Below, piece after piece: positions 12,525-23,384 of a stretch of DNA of 64,000 bases. The notes under the pieces were generated by a model. That model ran no database searches, was not told where the DNA came from, and worked only from the letters and a program-made list of their open reading frames with translations. Both the position numbers and the translations under genes were made by a program. The DNA comes from Pristiophorus japonicus (Eukaryota): assembly GCF_044704955.1 (NCBI RefSeq), contig NC_091992.1, forward strand, positions 126,914,001 to 126,978,000, written 5' to 3'. How positions within the stretch are numbered: position 1 is the first letter of the stretch; every line of letters starts with the position of its first letter.

Positions 12525-13506
12525 TCCTTGGGGGGGGGGGGGGGGCGGGGGTGGGGGTAAGAGCTCAGGAACCGCTCGCCCACAAACACGCTGATTACCA
12601 GACTATCTGGCTCAGGACTTCACTGCAGGACCAGTGGAACGTCCAGAACCTCCGACCAGGTGTCCCGGAATCCTTCGACGTGTGACGGCAAAGTTGAGAC
12701 GTTCCGTCCCGTGGACCAGGGGCTGAGCGAGGCGAGCGAACTCCTTGGTACCGATGCAGGAGGGAGCGCCGGCCAGGCTCCCAACATTTCAATATTTTAA
12801 TCGCGCCCACCCAACCCCCCCCCCCACCATGGGTGCGAGGGTGAGTGGCATGAAGGATATTTAAAGCTCCGCGTCACCCACTATAAAAGAGGGGACTGTG
12901 GGTCAAATACTTCTGTAGCAGTCCTGGGAAAGTGAACACATTTTTTATATATATTATGGGCGAGGTCTCTGGTGACCTAACCAGCCCCCAGCTCCTCCCC
13001 CTTCGGGGATCTCTCTGGGTCCTGATTCCTGGAGCTAGGATTGGAGCAGAGCAGAGTAGAGAGAGGGGGGCCGTTTGGCTTTACTGCCAATTTAAGACGT
13101 CCAGTGCAGTTTCATCTGATAAGGCACGGAGGCAAACTAGGAATCTTCCACTGGGTCTGTTGGATCCAATCCTTGTGAGCACAGGGACCTTGTGGTGTGG
13201 CACATTATTCTGAACCAGCCGGGCAAACAGGTCTGAGTGATCGCAGGCCTGGACGCCCAGAGCTCTCACTGACCCAGATATAAACTACAGTCATCTCTCG
13301 GGGGGGAAAACGAGGCTTTAAATCACTCCACCCGTGGACGTCCCTTGTTTTTTTGCTGCCTGTAGATCATTTCCTTTTTCTGTTTTTTAAAAAAAAAAGG
13401 AGTTTCATTTTGTTTAAAAAAAAATGATGGCGAAGCTTTGTACGTTGATGTATTTTGTCGCATTGTTGATCTTGAATGACATGTTGCACTGGTTATATAT
13501 GTTCAC

Positions 13507-13512
13507 AATAAA
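13507..13512 (+). terminator. Candidate polyadenylation signal of gnav1
   Basis: AATAAA ~1 kb after the stop codon, following a U-rich 3'UTR-like stretch and just before repeat sequence resumes. Confidence 0.6.
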
Positions 13513-13574
13513 GTACAGTTAATAGCCTTTAAATCTTAAACCCCCCCCCCCCCCCCCCTCTTCTGTTATAAAGA

Positions 13575-13745
13575 AAAAAGAAAAACTTGCATTTATATAG
13601 TGACTTTCATAACCACTGGACTTCCCAAAGCGCTTTATAGCCAATGAAGTACTTTTTGAAGTGCAGCCAATTTGCGCACAGCAAGCTCCCACAAACAGCA
13701 ACGTGATAATGAGCAGATAGTCTGTTTGTGATGTTGATTGCTGAC
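13575..13745 (-). mobile_element. DeuSINE 3' fragment
   Basis: ACTTGCATTTATATAG... reverse tail shared with other copies. Confidence 0.75.
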
Positions 13746-13753
13746 ACTTGTTA

Positions 13754-14752
13754 CATAGAAAATAGGTGCAGGAGTAGGCCATTCGGCCCTTCGAGCCTGC
13801 ACCACCATTCAAAATAAGATCATGGCTGATCATTCACCTTAGTACCCCTTTCCTGCTTTCTCTCCATACCCCTTGATCCCTTTAGCCGTAAGGACCATAT
13901 CTAACTCCCTCTTGAATATATCCAATGAACTGGCATCAACAACTCTCTGCGGTAGAGAATTCCACAGGTTAACAACTCTGAGTGGAGAAGTTTCTCCTCA
14001 TCTCAGTCCTAAATGGCTTACCCCTTATCTTTAGACTGTGTCCCCTGCTTCTGGACTTCCCCAACATCAGGAAAATTCTTCCTGCACCTCACCTGTCCAG
14101 TCCCGTCAGGATGTTATATGTTTCTATGAGATCACCTCTCATCCTTCTAAACTCCAGTGAATACAGGCCCAATCGATCCAATCTCTCCTCATATGTCAAT
14201 CCTGCCATCCCGGGAATCAGCCTGGTGAACCTTCGCTGCACTCTCTCAATAGCAAGAACATCCTTCCTCAGATTAGACGACCAAAACTGAACACAATATT
14301 CCAGGTGAGGCCTCACAAGCCCTGTACAACTGCAGTAAGACCTCCCTGCTCCTATACTCCAATCCCCTAGCTATGAAGGCCAACATACCATTTGCCGCCT
14401 TCACCGCCTGCTGTACCTGCATGCCAACTTTCAATGACTGGTGTACCATGACACCCAGGTCTCGTTGCACCTCCTCTTTTCCTAATCTGCCGTCATTCAG
14501 ATAATATTCCACCTTCGTGTTTTTGCCCCTAAAGTGGATAACCTCACATTTATCCACATTACACTGCATCTGCCATGCGTTTGCCCACTCACCTAACCTG
14601 TCCAAGTCACCCTGCAGCCTCTTAGCATCCTCCTCACAGCTCACACCACCACCCAGCTTAGTGTCATTTGTAAACTTGGAGATATTACACTCAATTCCTT
14701 CATCTAAATCATTGATGTATATTGTAAATAGCTGGGGTCCCAGCACTGAGCC
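13754..14752 (-). mobile_element. CR1 LINE 3' ~1 kb
   Basis: Minus-strand ORFs GSVLGPQLFTIYINDLDEG...KFTNDTKLGG and RPHLEYCVQFWS; tail begins ACATAGAAAATAGG on + strand. Confidence 0.92.
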
Positions 14753-15119
14753 CTTATGTAGAAAGGGAAGGTTCTCAATGCAGATCATTAGGATGTAGAT
14801 ATTGGAAAGATTTAAACCAGCTGGTGCAGTCTGTGCCTCTGTCTACCACCTTCAAAAGAAATTAAAGTTGGACCCGTTAATTTGCAAATCCCGTTTTAAC
14901 CTTTTCTAAAGTCTTGTCTTTCCCCGCTTGTACTTCCAATGTCACAACGTTTATTATATTGCAGTTCTGGCTGTTGGGCGAGTGTGGCATGCAGAAGGCC
15001 CATCTTAACAAGCCTGGTCACCTTTTCAACTCGGGGCTCTCGCCTCTCGATCTGATTGCGTTCAGTGGTCAATGTGCCCAAGCAATGCTTTGACCTGCTT
15101 TCCTAGCGTGTGGGTGAGG

Positions 15120-18100
15120 GAATTCTCATCCTTGTTTACAAATCCCTCCATGGCCTCGCTCCTTCCTTTCTCTAATCTCCTCTAGCCCCACAACCCCCCG
15201 AGATGTCTGTGCTCCTCTAATTCTGCCCTCTTGAGCATCCCTGATTATAATCGCTCACCTATTGGTGGCTGTGCCTTCTGTTGCCTGGGCCCCAAGCTCT
15301 GGAACTCCCTGCCTAAACCTCTCTACCTCTCTCTCCTCCTTTAAGATGCTCTGTAAAACATTCAGGAAAGATAGAATAAAAGGAAAAGGAGGTGGGGTAG
15401 CATTGCTGGTTAAGGAGGAAATTAAGGCAATAGTTCGGAAGGACATTAGCTTGGATGATGTGGAATCTATATGGGTAGAGCTGCAGAACACCAAAGGGCA
15501 AAAAACGTTAGTGGGAGTTGTGTACAGACCTCCAAACAGTAGTAGTGATGTTGGGGAGGGCATCAAACATGAAATTAGGGGTGCGTGCAATAAAGGTGCA
15601 GCAGTTATAATGGGTGACTTTAATATGCACATAGATTGGGCTAACCAAACTGGAAGCAATACGGTGGAGGAGGATTTCCTGGAGTGCATAAGGGATGGTT
15701 TTTTTAGACCAATATGTCGAGGAACCAACTAGGGGGGAAGCCATCTTAGACTGGGTGTTGTGTAATGAGAGAGGATTAATTAGCAATCTCGTTGTGCGAG
15801 GCCCCTTGGGGAAGAGTGACCATAATATGGTGGAATTCTGCATTAGGATTGGCTAATTAATCTGAAGGGGTTGACTGTGGATGGGCAATGGCAGACATTT
15901 AGAGACCGCATGGATGAACTACAACAATTGTACATTCCTGTCTGGCGTAAAAATAAAAAAGGGAAGGTGGCTCAACCATGGCTATCAAGGGAAATCGGGG
16001 ATAATATTAAAGCCAAGGAAGTGGCATACAAATTGGCCAGAAATAGCAGCGGACTGGGAGAAATTTAGAACTCAGCAGAGGAGGACAAAGGGTTTGATTA
16101 GGGCAGGGAAAATGGAGTACGAGAAGAAGCTTGCAGGGAACATTAAGACGGATTGCAAAAGTTTCTATAGATATGTAAAGAGAAAAAGGTTAGTAAAGAC
16201 AAACGTAGGTCCCCTGCAGTCAGAATCAGGGGAAGTCATAACGGGGAACAAAGAAATGGCGGACCAATTGAACAAGTACTTTGGTTCGGTATTTACTAAG
16301 GAGGACACAAACAACCTTCCGGATATAAAAGGGGTCGGAGGGTCTAGTAAGGAGGAGGAACTGAGGGAAATCCTTATTAGTCGGGAAATTGTGTTGGGGA
16401 AATTGATGGGATTGAAGGCCGATAAATCCCCAGGGCCTGATGGACTGCATCCCAGAGTACTTAAGGAGGTGGCCTTGGAAATAGTGGCTGCATTGACAGT
16501 CATTTTCCAACATTCCATTGACTCTGGATCAGTTCCTATGGAGTGGAGGGTAGCCAATGTAACCCCACTTTTTAAAAAAGGAGGGAGAGAGAAAACAGGG
16601 AATTATAGACCGGTCAGCCTGACATCGGTAGTGGGTAAAATGATGGAATCAATTATTAAGGATGTCATAGCGGTGCATTTGGAAAGAGGTGATATGATAG
16701 GTCCAAGTCAGCATGGATTTGTGAAAGGGAAATCATGCTTGACAAATCTTCTGGAATTTTTTGAGGATGTTTCCAGTAGAGTGGACAAGGGAGAACCAGT
16801 TGATGTGGTATATTTGGACTTTCAGAAGGCTTTCAACAAGGTCCCACACAAGAGATTAATGTGCAAAGTTAAAGCACATGGGATTGGGGGTAGTGTGCTG
16901 ACATGGATTGAGAACTGGTTGTCAGACAGGAAGCAAAGAGTAGGAGTAAATGGGTACTTTTCAGAATGGCAGGCAGTGACTAGTGGGGTACCGCAAGGTT
17001 CTGTGCTGGGGCCCCAGCTGTTTACACTGTACATTAATGATTTAGACGAGGGGATTAAATGTAGTATCTCCAAATTTGTGGATGACACTAAGTTGGGTGG
17101 CAGTGTGAGCTGCGAGGAGGATGCTATGAGGCTGCAGAGCGACTTGGATAGGTTAGGTGAGTGGGCAAATGCATGGCAGATGAAGTATTATGTGGATAAA
17201 TGTGAGGTTATCCACTTTGGTGGTAAAAACAGAGAGAATGGTGACAGATTAGGAAAAGGAGAGGTGCAAAGAGACCTGGGTGTCATGGTACATCAGTCAT
17301 TGAAGGTTGGCATGCAGGTTCAGCAGGCAGTTAAGAAAGCAAATGGCATGTTGGCCTTCATAGCGAGGGGATTTGAGTGCAGGGGCAGGGAGGTGTTGCT
17401 ACAGTTGTACAGGGCCTTGGTGAGGCCACACCTGGAGTATTGTGTACAGTTTTGGTCTCCTAACTTGAGGAAGGACATTCTTGCTATTGAGGGAGTGCAG
17501 CGAAGGTTCACCAGACTGATTCCCGGGATGACGGGACTGACCTATCAAGAAAGACTGAATCAACTGGGCTTGTATTCACTGGAGTTCAGAAGAATGAGAG
17601 GGGACCTCATAGAAACGTTTAAAATTCTGATGGGGTTAGACAGGTTAGATGCAGGAAGAATGTTCCCAATGTTGGGGAAGTCCAGAACCAGGGGACACAT
17701 TCTAAGGATAAGGGGGAAGCCATTTAGGACCGAGATGAGGAGGAATTTCTTCACCCAGAGAGTGGTGAACCTGTGGAATTCTCTACCACAGAAAGTTGTT
17801 GAGGCCAATTCACTAAATATATTCAAAAGGAGTTAGATGAAGTCCTTACTACTAGGGGGATCAAGGGGTATGGTGAGAAAGCAGGAATGGGGTACTGAAG
17901 TTGCATGTTCAGCCATGAACTCATTGAATGGCGGTGCAGGCTAGAAGGGCCGAATGGCCTACTCCTGCACCTATTTTCTATGTTTCTATGTTTCTACCTC
18001 TTTGACCAAGCTTTTGGTCATCTGCTGTAATTTCTTATGACCCTGTGTTAAATATATTTGTTTTGTCTTATAATTCCCCTGTGAAGCGCCTTGGGACATT

Positions 18101-18135
18101 TTACTGCGTTTAAGGCGCTATATGAATGCAAGTTG
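15120..18135 (+). mobile_element. L2-type 3' end split by a CR1 insertion (L2 parts ~15120-15358 and ~17995-18135)
   Basis: ...CTCCTTTAAGATGCTCTGTAAAAC is continued after the CR1 by CTACCTCTTTGACCAAGCTTTTGGTCATCTG...GGCGCTATATGAATGCAAG, matching the L2 tail seen at ~38050-38195. Confidence 0.7.
15350..17995 (+). mobile_element. Young 5'-truncated CR1 LINE ORF2 (partial APE endonuclease + RT), defective
   Basis: APE motifs GGGVALLVK, VYRPP, MGDFN; 651-aa RT ORF 15881-17836 (YLDFQKAF, PQGSVLGP, FVDD); frameshifts and internal deletions; (TTTCTATG)n tail. Confidence 0.95.
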
Positions 18136-18864
18136 TAGCTTTTGTTGAGGGGTTAAATGGATGTTGAATTTCCAAATGGCTTCACCGGGAAAGCTGTGTG
18201 AGGAAATGCATGTTTTTGAAGTGTTTGAAAAAATGGAGAATTCAGAGGCTCGAGGCACACAATCTAGGCTTTCTAGAATGCTGACAAATTGGAGCGAACG
18301 TCTTGACTGGAGAAGAAATAAGAAGCAGCTTGGAAAGGGAAGTGTAAGCTGGCTGATGCTGGTGAAGCCCTGGACAGTGAAATGTTTGCTAACTTGTATA
18401 TGCTGGGAGGGACAGTGCGCAGTTTGATGATTTCTGATCGCCACCGAAACAAAAACAAAACTCTCTCTTCATCGCAGCTTTAAAAACTTACGAGGCATGA
18501 GCATTTAATTTTTTAAGATATTCAACTTAATTCATCCTTTTAATATGTTGGAATTTTTAAGATGTTGCGCAGTATTTACCCTTGTTGTAAGATGTACAAC
18601 ATTTAGGCAACTAAAGGTTGTTCTGCACCAGCCCAGCTTTAATATGTCTTGCTTCCCGCTTCATAGAAGTTCCCATTTTATCCCAGTTTGTGAAGTTGTT
18701 CCGAGCAGTTGTAATTAAGTGGGTTTGTCTGTATCATTTGAGTCAAAGACCCCACATTTTACACTTTTTTTTCAATTGCCTGGGATCGAGAGGAGAGTGA
18801 TAGTAGACAGCTTGGAGTAGATGTGTCTCCACACCTTGAATTTGGCAGGCGCGCACAGACAGGT

Positions 18865-19125
18865 ATTTACACACGCATTATCCACACACACATACGCAAA
18901 CTCACATATATGTACGCTCAGATATACACACGCACACAGATACACGCACTCTGATATACACACAGATATACGCACACAGATACATGTACACTCAGATGTA
19001 CATACACACAGATACATGCATACTCAGTTATGCATATGCACAAATGCGAAGATACACACGCACGCAGATACACACATGCACACTTCGATAGACACACACA
19101 AGCACATTCAGACAGATACACACAA
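18865..19125. repeat. Degenerate CA-rich low-complexity tract
   Basis: ACACACAGATAC-type repeats seen directly. Confidence 0.85.
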
Positions 19126-19713
19126 AGGCAGAGGGTGACAATGTTGTATGTATAAGTATACACATCCTGTGTAAAAGGTTGGGTGTACAGATACACTTGA
19201 CATAAATTGTTATTTATATGATTTGGTGTAACTGAGGATGGTCGGGAAGCTTTTAAATGTTATTGTCCGGTTTCATTTTCCCATAGTGAACTATTTTTCT
19301 GTAACGAAGCAGTGTTTGAGGGTGTTTGAATAGGCACCTGGTTAAGAAGTTCAGACAGGAGTCAAGACGCATGTTTTAAGGCTGAAATATATTTAAATAA
19401 TTCATTTAGTTACAGACACGTCAAACTATTACCAATTCACAGCTCATTTATACACCGACTCTCCATACATATAGTGATGTATTTATATACAGACAATCGA
19501 TCGTTAACAAAAAATCGGGCTCCGAGAAACTGCTCAGCAGCAACGAAATGAGTTAAATTTAAGGTACAGCAGATTTTGACGCATGTTGGCGAGCTGGGAG
19601 TTACAGCGAGCTCGGGGCTGATTCTAAATTTTCCGAAATGGGTGGAAAGAATGAAACATTCAGTGTCAGGAACAGTTCGTACGGTGCTTTCGATGTGTGA
19701 GGGGTGAGAGTGA

Positions 19714-19836
19714 TCAGGCACAGTCCTGAGAGTCCAGGGACAGGTACACGTCAGCCTTGCACTGGAAGGTATTCAGCCCATCTTGCAGCAGTTCACAGCT
19801 CTGCAGGTTCGGAGAGATGTCCTTCACACACACTGC
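19714..19836 (-). CDS. npb: Neuropeptide B precursor exon 2 ([40 protein letters not shown])
   Basis: TTTTTGCAG acceptor; 41 codons ending TGA; phase 0 matches exon 1; four-Cys C-terminal segment typical of NPB precursors. Confidence 0.95.
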   Translation of the reverse strand, partial: AVCVKDISPNLQSCELLQDGLNTFQCKADVYLSLDSQDCA

Positions 19837-20209
19837 CTGCAAAAACAACACACACACACACTTACTCATAATTCATTAACCCTCATGGTCACACGATTTT
19901 TATTTAAAATAAGACAATGCTGGAACTACCCAGCAGGTCAGTCCATGTGTGTGAAGGGAAACAACTGCAGGTTCACGTAATCTGCCCTTCCCTTCATCCA
20001 CACACTGACAGACTCACCTGCCGTGCATTTTGGGGTTTTATTTCAGACTTTCAGCATTTTTATTTCTATTTATAATCTTCGCAGTCTCTGTCTGCACCGA
20101 GTCTGTCCGCAAACCTGCTCGTTACAAGCGTTTGACCTGCACCTTTCTACAATCAGAAGCTGCATCTGGAGTGTGTCTGGAAACGCTCTCATACCGCCCC
20201 GCATCTGTC

Positions 20210-20680
20210 TCCTCCCGCCCCTCCCCTCTCCCCCACCCCTCTCCTCCACTCTCCCTCTCCCCCACCCTCTCTCCCCCTCACCTCTCCTTACCCTCTCTCC
20301 CCCACCCTCTTTCCCTCTCCTCCTTCACCTTCTCTCGCCCCTCAAACTCTCTACCCTCTCCTCGCCTTTCCTCCCCGCTCCCCCTCACAATCTCCCCACC
20401 CCTCACCCTCTTCTCCCATTCCCTCTCTCTCCCCCTCCCCCTCTCGCCACTCAAACTCTTCCCCCCCCTCTCTTCTCCCCTCCACCCTCTTCCCCTTCCC
20501 TCACCCTCATATCCCCTCACCCTCTCTTCTCCTCCCCTCACTTTCCCCTCACCCTCTACCCCTCCCTTCACCCTTGGCTTCTCCTCACCCTCGCCACCTA
20601 ACACCCTCTCTTCCCCCCCCCAACCAACCTCCCCCCACCCCCCCACCAACCTCTTCCCCCCCCTACTCCGCCAACCTCTA
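20210..20680. repeat. Polypyrimidine (CT-rich) low-complexity tract in npb intron
   Basis: Almost purely C/T on + strand. Confidence 0.9.
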
Positions 20681-21249
20681 ACATGCTGCAAAACACCAAA
20701 CTAGAAGTGTGACCAGACAAGTGTCATGGCCGCCCCACATACAGGTGGGTTTGAGTGTTTTCTGCAATGATGCTCTTAAAGGGTGGCTTTCCTTTTAAGG
20801 AGAGGAGGAATTAATATTCACTAACTTAAATATACTATTTCAAAACAGAATTCAAACAGGTAGCACAACACATGTCTCTGTCCATCCTGAATATAAAACG
20901 CTTTAATACCCCCCTAACGATATAATCTCTGGAGAAAGTTGTGAAAGGTTAACATTAACCGATTCAGGAGGGTTTGAATTTAAATCTTAAAAGACATTTC
21001 AAGTTGCGATCCCGCGTCTGCTGTCAGTGGGAGTCTCCCGCGCGGTCTTAAAGCCCATCACATCAACAAAGTAAAGATCCTGCATTCTCAATATCGGGAA
21101 TTTACATCGAATTTTAAAGTTAAAATGTAATGCAATGATCTTGTTCAAATCGTGAGTTTAGATAACAGCCTGGCGGGTGCCTCTTAAGATAATGCTATTA
21201 TATTTTTTTAAATAACGTTTTAATTAAGATTGAGAATGACTTTTCAGAT

Positions 21250-21830
21250 AGATCTCTCCACTCTCTCTCTCTTTCTCTGTCCCTCTCTCTCTCTCATTCA
21301 CTCTCTCTCTCAGTCCCTCACTCGCTCTCTGTCCCACTTTCTCGCTCAGTCTATCCGTGTCTCTCACTATCTCTGTCTCTCTCTCTCCCCTTCTCACTCT
21401 CGCTCTGTCCCCCTCACTCTCTGTACCTCACTCGCTCAGTCTATCCGCTCTCTCTCTAAGTATAATGTCTCTCCTCATCTCAGTGTTTCCTTGTCCCGCT
21501 CTCTCTACATCCACGTCGGTCTCTGATTTTCTTAATTCCTCTCTCTCACTGTATCTCTCTTTATGTTTCACTGTATCTCTATCCTGTCTCTATCTCGGTC
21601 CCACTCTCCCTCTCTCTGCTCCTCTATCTCTCCCTCTCTGTGCGCCACTCTCTGTCTCTGTCCCACTCTCCCACTTTCCCTCCTCTCTGTCCCAATCGCT
21701 GTCTCCCTCTCTATGCCCCACTCTCCCTCTCTTGTTTTCTCTCTCTCTCTCTCTCTCTGCCCCACTCTCCCTCTTTTGTTTTCTCTCTCTCCCTGTCTTC
21801 CCCTCTCCCTCCCCCTCCTCCCCTCTCCAG
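21250..21830. repeat. (CT)n-rich low-complexity tract in npb intron
   Basis: Seen directly. Confidence 0.9.
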
Positions 21831-21847
21831 TTCCCCCCGTCACTCAC

Positions 21848-22105
21848 CATGTTTTTGAGGAGCGGTGTCTGCCCGGCCTGAGCTCCTAGCTCTGAATACA
21901 CGCTGTTCTCCGCCGTTTCGCTGGGCTCCGATCTGCGGACGTAGGGCGAGCGGCGGATCCCGGACAGGAGCCCGGACGCTCTGCCCACCGAGTAGTAGCT
22001 GGGACCGGCCGCCTGCTTGTACCACGCCTCGCCTGGGCTGGGGAGCAGCGTGGACAGGAGCACACACAGGACGGCGAGCTTGAGGGACGTATCGAGTGCT
22101 GGCAT
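21848..22105 (-). CDS. npb: Neuropeptide B precursor exon 1: signal peptide + mature NPB ([29 protein letters not shown]) + RR site
   Basis: ATG at 22105; hydrophobic signal ending GEA; N-terminal WYK and [10 protein letters not shown] hallmark of NPB/NPW; GTGAGT donor after codon 86. Full precursor 126 aa. Confidence 0.97.
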
Positions 22106-22230
22106 GTTGTGTCTGTGTCTGTGTCTGGTCCCTGCCTGTCTGTCTGTTACAGTCTGGTCCCTGTCTGTCAATTACAGACTGCACCTCTGCCTGGGAAGGG
22201 CTCAGAATTGCAAGCTATCGTCTCAGCCCC

Positions 22231-22238
22231 TTTAAATA
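22231..22238 (-). promoter_or_regulatory. Candidate TATA box of npb (TATTTAAA)
   Basis: TATA-like element ~125 nt upstream of the ATG on the coding strand; position plausible, not verified. Confidence 0.45.
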
Positions 22239-22404
22239 GACCCGTCCGCTGCTATAATTTATGGACATTGTCTCCGTCACACGTACGCATCCAGTCGCCG
22301 CTTTAATTTGAATTAATCACAGCCCCTTAAACTTGGAGTTGATGCAAGCTCAACTGAACATCCAAGACCCGCAGCCTCTCACTGAAAGTACCCCTGAGTA
22401 CTGC

Positions 22405-22690
22405 AAGCCCCCACAAAAAAAGATAATCTGTTTTTGTGATGATGACTGAAGGATAAATATTGGACGGGGCACCAGGGATCACTCCCACTGCTGTTCTTCA
22501 AAATAGTGCCATGGGATCTTTCACGTCCACCTGAGAGAGCAGACAGGCAACTGTTTAACGCTTCATCCAACAGGCGGCACCTGCGACAGTGCAGCACTCC
22601 CTCAGCACTGCACTGGGAGTGTCAGCCTAGTTTTTTGTGCTCAAGTCCCTGGAGTGGGACTTGAACCCACAACCTTCTGACTCCGAGGTT
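22405..22690 (-). mobile_element. DeuSINE (SacSINE1-like)
   Basis: Reverse complement of B box (GGGACTTGAACCC) and central domain. Confidence 0.8.
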
Positions 22691-22699
22691 CATTCATTA

Positions 22700-23330
22700 C
22701 CTCAATTATGACCTCTGTCTTCATAAGATTTCCTTTTTTTGTCCCTAATTGGCCCCACCATTCCTTTAACTATCCTTTCACTTTTGATATGTTTTGAAAA
22801 GATTTTTGGTTCCCTTTTGATCTACTGCTAATCTTTACTCATTCTCTCTCTGCCTTTCTTACGTCCTTTATCAGTTCCCCCTGCACTCTGTGGTCTGTCT
22901 GGTTTTCGATTGCCTCCCTGTACAATCTCCTTCTTCCTGTTTTATTTTAACTTCTGTTTCCTTTTTCCTCCAGGGAGCTCTGATGAAGCAAGTTTTCCTG
23001 TATACATTTTAGGAATTCTTCACCCTCCCTGCCCTTTACTCTTTTTGATCTCCAGTCTAGATCAGGGTAATTGAAGTCCCCCTTACTAATGGTGGATTAT
23101 TATTTTTACATTTCACTGAAAGGTGCCTGTAGATTTGCTCCTCTGTCTCCTTCTCACTATTTGGGGGCCTATAGTAAACATCCAGCATCGTAACGGCTCC
23201 TTTTCTGTTTCTTAACTCTAAGCAGATATAGATTCAGTTTTTGAGTCTCGAGTACAGCTGTAATAATGTTATCCCTGATCAAGACTGCCATCACTTCCGC
23301 CCCTCCCCTCCTGTCCTATCTGCCTGAATA
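22700..23330 (-). mobile_element. Old CR1 fragment (APE region)
   Basis: Reverse strand carries remnants such as VYYRPP and GDFN; heavily degraded. Confidence 0.6.
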
Positions 23331-23384
23331 CAGGAACATTTAGTGCCCATGTTTAAATTTAAAGGCACTTTTGTCAAAATGCAC

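Noticed and set aside
15881-17836. 651-aa reverse transcriptase ORF as an active or domesticated gene
   Set aside because: 5'-truncated CR1 with frameshifts, deletions and FVDD in place of FADD; typical dead copy.
20023-21889. Pro/Leu/Ser-rich ORFs in the npb intron
   Set aside because: Translations of CT-rich low-complexity tracts.
21590-22171. 193-aa ORF as the full NPB precursor
   Set aside because: Starts at a non-ATG codon and reads into a GA-rich intron; the real CDS is 22105-21848 joined to 19836-19714.
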